Below, piece after piece: positions 52,835 through 64,000 of a DNA stretch of 64,000 nt. The stretch lies in assembly GCA_012295275.1 (NCBI GenBank), contig CM022676.1, positions 16,616,001 through 16,680,000 of the forward strand, written 5' to 3'. The stretch is from Chrysomallon squamiferum (Eukaryota; Animalia; Mollusca). Each line of letters starts with the position of its first letter. Within the stretch, counting starts at the first letter, position 1. The notes beneath the pieces were generated by a model. It saw only the letters and a list, made by a program, of their open reading frames with translations. It did no database searches and had not been told where the DNA came from. A program made the position numbers and the translations under genes.

Positions 52835-53248
52835 ATTATATATTATAATTTATAAGTGCAAGGAATAATTGTATCGATGAATGGAGTGCAAAAGGGGAAA
52901 AACTTCAGTGTGTGATCTACGCGCTACCTACAAATTCTACGTGTTTATTTGTATTATTGTGTTTTTCATTCTTGGAGTTTTATTATACATTTCTTAATGA
53001 CCAAGCAGCCTGGAAGAAAACGTTCTTATATTTGTATCGTACTGTTAAAGTATAACTTCACGTATCTGCTATAAACTGACATTTCCTTTCAATTGTAAAT
53101 CACACGCCAAAGTAGGTCTGCTCGATGTTTGCCAACAGTTTATTGCAAACTGGTTTTTCGAATCTTTTCTGAATCAGTCAAACATTCCGCTCTGCTGGAC
53201 ATCAAGAAGCAGTATATCAAATAAATGCTGTAGCAGCGGATAACTCAC

Positions 53249-53271
53249 AATTAATAGAAAGTATTTTTCCA
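53249..53271 (-). other. Homologue of the 24-nt microexon, here 23 nt (defective or an assembly error)
   Basis: ctaaag|TGGAAAAATACTTTCTATTAATT|gtgagt on the minus strand, with flanks similar to those of 58626 and 59171. Confidence 0.45.
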
Positions 53272-55496
53272 CTTTAGCGAGAAACAACAAAATATAACAT
53301 ATCACAAACGTTATACCACCACATTGAAAAAAAATAATAATAATAAATTACTTGGAAAACCTACCAAAAGTAACAACGACAACGATAACAACAACAACAA
53401 CAGTAATATATATGACCTATTTTTATCCATTACAAATATAAGACAGGAAAAACGTAAAAGTCGATTCGTTTATCAGTTGTTGTTTTTTTTTTTTTTTTTT
53501 TTTCCGAAATACAATTGTAATTACACACGGCAAAATAAACCAAACTAAACTGTTACGTAAGCCATAAAAAATAGTCATTCGACTGAAACTGATCTAACCT
53601 CCTAATACACAATGCTCAAATCACACTCGCGTAACCAGTTTAGCAAGAGTGTGTTAGTTTGTTATATAGATCAGACTAAAAATAGTGTATGACGAGACAA
53701 GAAAGGTATTACCGGATTTTATTTACGACGCTCTGAATAGTTCATTGTTAATGCACTGTCTGCGCATAAGTGTAGACATAGGCATAAATATGGTTTGCAT
53801 TTGTCTATATTGTCAGAACGTATATTACAGTAACTCTTCAGTAACAATAGGTGTAATAAAGAGGATGATAGCAAAAATAATAACGCTGATACTACTACTA
53901 CTGCTGCTACTACTACTACTAACAATAATAATAGAAAATGTCAATCATTCAGAATCTAAAGCATAGTTTAGTTACTTCCACATGTCAAACTTTATATATA
54001 TATATACAACTTAAACACTATCATAGAAAAGCGCACACTGAACCAAAATTAGAAAATAAAATAATAATAATAATAGTAATAATAATAATTGAAGAAAAGA
54101 AAAAATAAATAAAACGATAATCTAACAACTAATACTATCTATCACTGATAATGCCACCTTCAACCATTAAATAAATAGCACAGTAACAAACAGAAGAAAG
54201 AGATATATTACCTCCGAAATACATTTATAGTAAAAAAAAATAAAAAAATAACCAAACGAAATATTTCGAAACCTATTAAAATACAGAATCATTTAGTTGA
54301 AACCTGTTTAATGAGAAAATTGACAGCGAAATGATCATAATATATTACTAAATCTCAGAGCCAAACCCTTATTACTTATGAGAAAAGTTTCAGCGATTCT
54401 CCAGTCTTCTGTTTAGATCGAAGGTAATCACGGGTTCTGCAGCCATGTTCTGTCTCGAAAAGTCCTATTTTTTCCAGAAACAGATTTCCTTCTTGCCGGT
54501 TCATATTCGCACCAAACAAGAAAAAAGAAAAAAACGCGGGACGAAAGAGCCAAAGTAGTTATTGCACCTTCTCAAAGTTTGATTTTATATATCTTTTTCA
54601 CAGGGAATTCACCATATGGTGTAGCTAATTACGATTTCTAAAACAAATAAAAACGATTTTTCATCATATCGTACTGTTCTATCAGATTATGAGGAATATA
54701 GATTATACGGCGGCCATCTTGGATTTAGTATCCTAACACAAATTGCTAAAGCGTTAGACCATATCATCCAGCAGATTCTCAATATACATATATATATACA
54801 CATGTATGTCACAAACATCAATTATGAACACTACAAAAGTAATAATAATAAGTTCGACAGCAAAATGAGGTTCTACACTACTATTGCTGGATTAATTTTT
54901 CTTGTTGACCAAAATCTTTTGCTCGTGATTTATCTTCTAAATCACAGTTCTTCGGTATCACATCATATTTGTTTGGTTGTATATGACATTTTTTTGTCTT
55001 GTTCTACGGCTGTGTAATTTAATGTGCATTTACATAAACCAGTAAGGAAGGTGAAGTTAGAGGAGTAGACATGATAATCTCAAGAGTAAGCAACAAAGAA
55101 TGTAATAAAATATGACAGAGTTTCATTCCAGGTCAAATTCCCCAAGTAAACTAAGAATACAATTTAACTTCACCACATTATATTTTAGCCGTAATATAAC
55201 AATGAAATACAATAACATAAGCTGCAACCAACAATAGTGTAACCTCATGACATGTGTGTATATTAAATCACTAAAAAGCGTAAAAATGGAAAGTTTGTTG
55301 TGAGCACGTCTCTATTACGTATATTTTACTACTGAACTCAAAAGTCTATAGATTCTGCAACTTTTTGTAGTGTGAGGTCATTTCAAGATGACGTGGTAAG
55401 AAAGTAAAAACGTAAGTTCAAAGATTTCAGTGATCATGACTCTGATCCTATGCCTAATGACCACAAAGGTGAGTTCAGTGTCCGTTAATTGAAACA

Positions 55497-55911
55497 AAGG
55501 ATTATCCTAGAACAAAATTTCACAGCTATTATCAAGGAGAAAATAAATTCAGGACTTATCCCATAGGAACTAAACCCAAGAATTGCATTAGGCAAAAAAA
55601 CTTGCACCTATTATCGAGGAGGAAAGAAATTGACGGATCATCCGAAAATTATATTAGAACTGGATTATCGAGTAACGAACACAGACAGGGATTATATCCA
55701 AGGAAACTCAGACAGAATCTCAGACTGGATTCACCTGATAGAGACGACACTGTGATGGGAAAAAGAAACGAAGCATTTAACAGTGACAGAAGAAGTAGTC
55801 ACCAAATGAGCAGAGAAAATAAAGAAGAAAGACAACAAGTAATCATAATTATCAATTTCATTTAATATTTTGATACGTAGACGTATACGTATTATATATA
55901 AGGACATAGAC
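55497..55911 (+). repeat. Diverged paralogous copy of ~34430-34845 (DYP-periodic tail and 3' flank)
   Basis: Shared ggattatcctaga.caaaatttcacagc, acttgcacctattatcgaggagg, gaactggattatcgagtaac and gaagcatttaacagtg. Confidence 0.9.
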
Positions 55912-56111
55912 NNNNNNNNNNNNNNNNNNNNNNNNNNNNNNNNNNNNNNNNNNNNNNNNNNNNNNNNNNNNNNNNNNNNNNNNNNNNNNNNNNNNNNNNN
56001 NNNNNNNNNNNNNNNNNNNNNNNNNNNNNNNNNNNNNNNNNNNNNNNNNNNNNNNNNNNNNNNNNNNNNNNNNNNNNNNNNNNNNNNNNNNNNNNNNNNN
56101 NNNNNNNNNNN
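55912..56111. other. Assembly gap (200 N)
   Basis: Fixed-length N run. Confidence 0.99.
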
Positions 56112-57539
56112 TATCCCATAGAACAGCTTCATCAATATCTCAATTAACAGAGTTCAGACAAATGAGTTTGTGTTTTAAGGTATATATATCACACAAACAA
56201 ACTGTGAACATCATAGGGATGTTTCTTGAAATTAAATTGAAATATCAATTTGTGTATGTAAGATAATGTTAAAGGTTACAAATTATTATAGATTAAATTT
56301 ATTTAATTTTTACATATTTGTCGTCTTGTTATGGAAGATCGCTCAGTTAAAACATTACCTAGAGATGATTTTAAAATGTTTATTTTTTATTTTTATTTTT
56401 TTCGAACTATATTTGTTCTGTGTTTTTTTTTTTTTTTGGTGATGAAATAGCATTGACAGTATATCAAATTAACTCTCCTTCATTGTTCTGTATGTCAGAA
56501 AAAAAATAGTGTGTCACTGATATATATATCGAAATATATGACTGTACCTAGATAAATGATAAATAGACTAAATATATTTTGCCTACTACCGAATTGTTTT
56601 ATTTCATTTTGTCTGATCCACTATTAGGACAAGTCCACGGTGTCAGGATTCGGAAGGTTTGATATGAAACGAACTGACCTGATTTTTAGAGGGGTACTCC
56701 AGAATCTAGGCCATGTGTAAGAGATTGACAATGTCCAAATCTGTTTGATATAGGGAAAAATGACCAGGGATACATGTGACTTGATGGATGATAGAAAACA
56801 TGTGCATGAAGGATGTTACACGAAACGGACATGAGAAAAAACAACAACAACAAAGCAAACGTTAACCCAATTTCAAATTGTCTGCATAGTTTGTGATGGT
56901 CAAGTAAACATTTACAATTTTCTTAAAAAAGAATTCATTAGTGGTTAATGTATATTGATGACAGCTTCGGAACACGTCTGTGTTGTTTAATTCACCAATA
57001 ACAAGATTCTTCGATAGTTACAAACTAATTATTTCCCTGTGTACAATATTCAAGACATTAAAGACGTTTATTCGCTGAAGAATTTATTAGAATTTATTAC
57101 TGAATCAGTACAGAAGTTCAGAACAGAATATCTGTAATGAAATACATGGACATACAAACCATTGTTCACAGAATCAAACACACACAAACAGAACCACAGA
57201 AATACATGCGTCCGTGCAATCACATTTAGACACATTCACGGAGGTATATACGTGTCTCAAATATATATAATGACAAACGATTTGGAATAAATAAATACAG
57301 ATCGATATATAAATCAAGATGAATAGAAAGACAGGTAGACAGACTCTACAAAAAAAGATTTGTTTCACTGTTCTTGATAACAATACGTTTTTACCTCATC
57401 TGTCATACGTTCCATTCCAGCTACTAAGAACAAACATGCGTTCGATTACGAAATAAAATTCGTCAGTCAACATCAAATGTACATAAGGCTAGGAAGGAGG
57501 ATCTGAATTAAAGTAGTTGTGTTTGTTGGAGACAGTGTG

Positions 57540-58959
57540 ATGTGTTTTTTTGCATATGTATGGCTTTATATTGTTATACCCACAGTCATTTCAGGTATTT
57601 CATATTATTTTTTATCCATATAGTTATTCAGAGTGAAATAATCGATTTTTATAATAATAACAAAAAACTTGAATCAGTGAGGCATGGAATTACAATGATC
57701 GTGAATGGATAAGTCTGCATCGACAAAAGATTCACAGAAAAAAAGTATGTATATTAAGTGATATCGGTATCATAGGCTTAATATTATTCACTCTCCAATT
57801 TTGAGATTTTGGCATAAATGGGCATAATTGCCACTATATTCAGATTGATTGCTTGCTAATGAGTAGATAAATTCTGATGAAAATGTTTTTTTGGAAAGAT
57901 AATTTGGTGAGGATTCTACATGTGCTACTAGCAGGTGGAACTACATTTTGGAATATTTTCACCTTTTGTTTGATGTTGAAATGACCTTAAGTGAAAATTA
58001 AAGTTCAAGGTGTTACCTTGAACGCAGGATGTACTATTTGGAGTTTAGGAGTAAAATGCACTTAAAATGGATATGTTGACCACAAAATGTCCATTTTCAC
58101 AGATTTAGAGATGAAATAAAACAGAAATGCACTAGGCCGTAATACGGTTAAAAACCGAAGAACCGAGAGTTGTAAGATATGTGAGTTCAGGCACGTATTC
58201 ACGAGCAGACGATGTTTTTGTTAACGAGATTATTACACTGAAAAAAAACAACTAAATCAAACAGAAAGTTTTCATTTGGAAAGAGTTCAACGACAATAAA
58301 ACAGTTTAAAGAGATTATAATTATATGACGTATTTACTATTATTGTTTTCATTTTAATTATTATTGTTGTTGCTGTGGTCCTTGATGCTGATATAAAAAT
58401 ACGGGAAGTAAACATTTCTCATTTGAAATTTTAGTATCTATATTATTATTATTATTATTATTATTGTTATTATTATAATTATTTTTTATTTTTTATTTTA
58501 TTTTTTTTATTATTTTTTTTTTTCCAGTTTGGGCTTATGGACCCTAAGGCATGTTTATATTTTCTTGTTTATCTCTATTTAAATATAGTTTGTGATATGT
58601 TGTAGTCTGTTGTTTGTTGTTTCAGTGGAACGATACATTCCTGTTAACTGTGAGTTACCCACTGTACTCTGTATCTTGGTTTGTTTGTGATAGTGTTTGT
58701 TAACGTCCAGCACAAAGAGAAGTTTGTAATAAACCATTTACACATATTTAGTTGTTGCGGTATAAGTAATGAACTGTTGTTGTCTGACCTAAATAACAAA
58801 CATTCAATTGACAAAAAAAAATCACATCTATACTGCCTGAAACGCAGCCATTAATACGTGAACAGTTTTCCATGTGGACGTAACTAAAATTGTGCTTTAT
58901 ATTCTGAATAATTGTGATTGTCACCAGAAAGGACCAGCATGCGCTATTATTATTATTAT

Positions 58960-58992
<33 letters not shown>

Positions 58993-59621
58993 TAGTAGTA
59001 GTAGTAGTAGTAGTAATAGTAGTAGTAGTAGTAGTAGTATTGTTTCTTTCTTCTTTTTTTTTTAGTTTTGTAAGTGTGGACTTTTTGACCCTAGGCCTAT
59101 TTGTATTTTCTTGATTATCTCTATATTATAATGTTTGTTATATGTTGTAATTTGTTGTTTCTTGGTTCAGTGGAAGGATACATTCCTGTTAAGTGTGAGT
59201 TGCTCCACTGTACTCTGTATCTTAGTTTATGTTTGATAGTGTTTGTTGACGTCCAGCAGAGCGAGAAGTTTGAGTGATTCAGGAAAATATTTCTAGCTGT
59301 GGCGGTAGCAGTAATGAATTATTGCTACCTGACCTAAATAGGAAACATTCAGCTGCTGGAAAAAGTAATCTATATACTACCGAAAACGAGCCATTAATAG
59401 TTACACAGGTTACAGCCGATAAAACATTTTAAACTTATTTTCTGATACAATATAATAATTTTCTCAGATATTTTAAACTTGTACATTAACGGTTTTGTAT
59501 ATTGACCAGGGCGTGAAATAACTAAAATTGTGCTTTAGATCTGAATAATTGTGATTATCTTTAACAAAGGAGGATTACACACTAGTATTATTGTTGTTGT
59601 TGTTGTTACTATCATTATGAA

Positions 59622-59679
<58 letters not shown>

Positions 59680-62600
59680 TGACGTTCACGGTAAACAAAG
59701 GGAAACCTTAGAACAACGATTTGCTATTTAATTTTCTGAACTATGTTTTACCTCCGTCACTGCTCACAATTTCAATTTCGTATGAATGTGCTTCAGACAA
59801 TTTTCATAGCGCATGTTTCACTGGTGTATCGATAAACGTTGTTCAGTCCTGTGTAATAGTAACTGAGAAAGAGGAAGAAGATGAAGAAGTTAACTTTCAA
59901 AGATCTAAATGTATCTGATTATCTGTATTGTTGTTGTTGTTATTATTAGTAGTATTTTTATTAGCGGTATAAGTAGTAGTAGTATTAGCAGTAGTAGTAG
60001 TTGTTGTTGTTGTATTGTTGCTTTTGCTGTTGCCTTTATCCTTGTTATTGTTATTGAGCAGTTACTATTATTTATCATCTCACAAATGCTGATAAACGTA
60101 AATTATTTCTTTCTTTTACTATCTTTTCCACACTTTTGTGCAGACTCTGTGTTACCAGAGAATCTGCCAGATCGTCGTAAATAACACCCGAGTACACATT
60201 TGTTCTCGTGTGACACACTATTTTTAATCTGACCTACATAAGAAAAGAAACACGCACTGGCTATAGTGCTACTGCGAATATCACTTGAACCTCATTAAAC
60301 TGTTCATGGAAATATCTGAAATACGAAAGGAACACTTTGAAGCTGGCGTTACGTATGTTGTAACGTTATGACAAAACAATAACAAAACGACTCAGTCTCA
60401 AACTAATTAACATTAATCTACAACAGTCATTAGCAAAAGTGAGATAGGAGCACGTTGAGTCATGGGTCAAGTTAGTCCATCTAAAAAATACCCGTGCAGA
60501 AATTATTTACTTTCCTATTTTGAGTTCTTATTGTTTTAGATTAACCAGATATGTCGCTTTCGAACAAAATTTTCCCAGAATGCCATCTGTTCGATTATAA
60601 GAAGTTAAGACAATTGGCCTCCTAGCTTGCTGAACAAAATGAGAAGACATTTCCAACTACAAGGACGAACTTGGGATGGAAATCATCAACATTTGTTTTA
60701 TTAGAGGCTTTAACTCTGGCTATGATTGTATATTCTTGTTTTTTAGTTATTTATCTTATGTGTAATTATTATTAATTGTTTCACCTTTGTAAGTAGGGAA
60801 GAAATAAAATAAAATAAAGTGAAATAAAATAATTGAATAAAACAATATATAAATAAGTAAATAAATATAGTATTAAAAGTGATAATTAGAAATTACCAAT
60901 AATCACTTAAAAACTATCACAAATCAGGATATTTCAAATATTAGTAATTATTTCAAATAATGAAATTTTGTTTTAAACGACTATGAGTGCTTGTTTTCCG
61001 ATTATACAGAATCATCAGTACCTTTAATTACGAAACGAACCAGTTTCCACACGAAAATAATCAGAACAAAATTATAATTCTCATCAGTCCCGATTTTATT
61101 CACTTATAAACGGCCTTTCAAAAATGTGTTAGACAAGTGCATACGACTGTTGTATGTTTTGGATAGAGAAACAGTCGATACATTTTAATATAATTAATGT
61201 CTGGCTACTCTGTTACTATTATCATCAACTTAGCTGTTACTTATTGCGACAAACAGTCGATGCAAATAACATTTTTAATTTTCTCTATATGTCCCTTTAT
61301 GAATTGTGAAGCAGTTTGTTGAACTACATCATGGCAGAAAGTGTGTAATAAACTGCTGGCATACATCTAGATGTTTCGGTAGCAGTAATGAAATATTAAT
61401 GCCAAATAAGAAACATTCATTTGTTACAAATTTCATCTTTATACGGAGCAAAAAAAAAACGAGCTATTAAAATGCAAACATATCTCAGACGACAGAACAG
61501 TTATTTTATCGATTTCTAAACTGTTCGGAAGTGTGATGTTCGATCAGATGTCTTTGCTATTTCCTGCCGTCAGAATGTCTGATATCAGCTCACAATTCTG
61601 GCGAATGTGATTAAGATTTTTAGGTCGGCTTAATGGACGATACTACGATGTTAAGTCATTTTGGTTCACCTGTAAAATATTTCTGAAAGGTGTTTGTAGG
61701 CGAGAAAAAATGTGAAAACATAATCAAATATTAAAATGACACATTAGCTACACATTTCAATATTTTTGTTTAATAATTACTATTGCCATCCATATAGACA
61801 CTACTCTCATTCACACATGCATGTACATAGAAATATACATACATACATACATACATAAATACATACATACTGTTCAACAAACTGTTCAACAAACTGTTTC
61901 ACAATTCATAAAAGGACATACATACATAGATATCTATATACATATATACATGTAAACATACATACATATGCATAAACATGCATATTTACTTACGTACATA
62001 CGTACATACGTAACACATACATATGTACATTAATATAAATATACGCAGAAAAGTGCAAGCATGAACGACTTTTACATATTGAAACAAAACATTTTGTTTC
62101 TCTAAATTGAATTTATGATGAATTTTAAATATTCAGTGTGATGCGATGTGTGATTGTCTGATTGAAAACGTTTCAGTTTTTAACTTCCAGGTCATGCGCT
62201 GTTTGATCAGTGATTAAAACTGTTTTATTTACGTTCCCAGTCTCAAACTAATCCTGAATAGCTTAATTTTCAACAGAATTGTTTGATTCCAGCTGCTGTT
62301 GAGTAAATTTAGGTCGCTTGTCGGCGAAGAAATATTTTAGAGAAAATAAATAAATAAATAAAATAAAATCATTCTTAGTTAAATGTTTTATATTCTGTGT
62401 TAATTCAAGAACTAATAAAGCTAAACTTAAATACTTGACACATTAATAACTTTTAATTAATGCAGTTATAAAGTTGAATTTCTGGTCCCGTCAATCATAA
62501 TAATTATTAATTATGCACAATATTTATGAAAAATTAAAAAGAAAATTATATATAAAAAATATGATTTCTATCAAATAAGAAAACATGTCACTACCTTCTA

Positions 62601-63100
62601 TTATGATTATATTTTAAAAAAAAAAAAATATAATTTAAAAACAAAATAAATTCTTACTTCAAATGATTTATACTGTGTGTTTATTCAAGCACTAATAAAG
62701 ACAAATTTGAATCTTAGAGAACGGAATAATAATAGTTAATAAATACAATTATAAAGTTGAATTATCTGATCCTGTTTAGCACAATAATTGTCAAATATAT
62801 ACAATATTACAATGACAAAAACAGATTATAGGTATTTTCCTTTAACAAATATTCTTGCAAATGAAAACTATCGTATTTCTGTATATATAGTTTTCTTTCT
62901 GAAGAAATTGTACTATTATAATTGACTGTCTTATATAAACCTGTTATTATTTCAGTACCAGTACGATTAGTGAATGGAAGAGGAATACCAACACAAGGTC
63001 GAGTTGAGATTCAAGTAAACGGGACGTGGGGAACAATCTGTAGCTGTAGATTTGACACAAAAGATGCTGGTGTTCTCTGTTCAATGTTGGGATTTAGTCG
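57540..63100 (+). CDS. 5' part of a paralogous SRCR receptor: signal exon 57540-57594, candidate microexons 58626-58649 and 59171-59194, SRCR-A exon 62956-63100 (gene presumably continues beyond the window)
   Basis: MCFFAYVWLYIVIPTVIS-G|gt (phase 1) joins in frame to ttcag|TA CCA GTA CGA, giving [48 protein letters not shown]. Intron sequence at ~59676-59820 is homologous to 52340-52475 (reverse), and 62410-62950 to the SRCR introns. Confidence 0.75.
58500..59560. repeat. Diverged ~545 bp tandem duplication containing the microexons
   Basis: gaccctag/aggc, cagtggaa.gatacattcctgttaa.tgtgagtt, ctgacctaaata and taactaaaattgtgcttta each occur twice. Confidence 0.85.
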
Positions 63101-63309
63101 GTAAAAGAAAACAAATCTTTTGTACAATATTCCGTTTTACGAACGTATTATTGACTACTGCTTCTGTTGCTGCTGCTACTACTACTACTACAAATACTAC
63201 TTCTACTACTACTACTGGGGCTACTAATTGTACTACTACTACTATATTAATCAGCCATTTGATCTGTGTCGGAGGTGTGTGTCTCACAATATAACTGTAG
63301 ATATTTCTG

Positions 63310-63376
63310 ATAATCTGTGGTGAACGTTTTCACACAAGAGATGCTACTGTTCTCTGTTCAGTGATGACATTTTGTG
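63310..63376 (+). pseudogene. Intronic relic of the 3' half of SRCR exon A
   Basis: Translates as IICGERFHTRDATVLCSVMTF, similar to TICSCRFDTKDAGVLCSMLGF just upstream. Confidence 0.65.
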
Positions 63377-64000
63377 TCCGAAGTCGATGTTACTGTGTAA
63401 CTGTTAACATTTCTCTATCAACTAACCAGCTGGTTTAAAATAATGACAAGTTTTTAATGTAAATTCTCCTTTTTTCAAAAATACATTTATCATATATGCA
63501 ACCTGATTGATATCTGCAAATATTAGAGTAATCAAAATTAGTTTATTCTGTAATACTTTATTATTTGTATCTCTGATACTTATGTCAAGGATACTCGAAA
63601 ACACATTTTTAATTAAGAAACCAAATGATCGATGGATAGGTTTCTTGCTACTTAAGAGGTTAACATTAAAATCTTTGCCTTTTTATGATTATAAAAGAGG
63701 AAACAGTTTCCGTTATACTCTAACGCTTCAGCCGATAAAAAAACTGAAGAAAAATAAAAAATAAAAAAGCATACTTAGTGAAGTTCTTACAGGCAAGAAT
63801 ATATATTTCTTCACTCGTTATTTTGCCTTAAATAAATACCAGTCAAATAAAATAACTTAATAAGATAGATTCCGTCATTCTTCATTCTCTAACAAATACT
63901 CGTTTCATTACAGCCTGATTCTAAAATATCAACTATCGAAATTTAATTGTGTTAAAATGCTTTCTTTAATAGATGATCAGCAATGTATCATGTTTTATCT

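Noticed and set aside
54376-54447. Possible first exon of the minus-strand receptor (MAAEPVITFDLNRRLENR*)
   Set aside because: Not hydrophobic and stops before the donor, so not a signal-peptide exon.

Overview
AT-rich, microsatellite-dense animal genomic DNA with spliceosomal introns. It is probably from a lophotrochozoan such as a mollusc, which is an inference from gene content only. The window is three contigs joined by 200-N gaps (1-4166, 4367-55911, 56112-64000) and reads as a fast-evolving innate-immunity locus. The main result is a 14-exon, frame-consistent minus-strand gene (50302->37794) that I assembled by hand. It encodes a type I membrane receptor, SRCR-SRCR-(Ig-Ig-FN3)x2-TM, whose short tail carries an ITAM-like YDNL-x12-YEVL motif. 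Related SRCR copies lie in both flanking contigs, one of them with a signal-peptide exon and duplicated 24-nt candidate microexons. The window also holds: the 3' half of a CLCA gene with two lesions; a Tyr-motif-rich orphan ORF; a decayed Ig-domain gene; a degraded parvovirus/densovirus-like NS1 (SF3 helicase) endogenous viral element next to a foldback structure with tRNA-like heads and satellite arms; a small two-exon basic ORF; and a disrupted, truncated ZNFX1 helicase fused to a ~4.7 kb 27-bp minisatellite with higher-order repeats. All translations and alignments were done by eye; no database searches were run.
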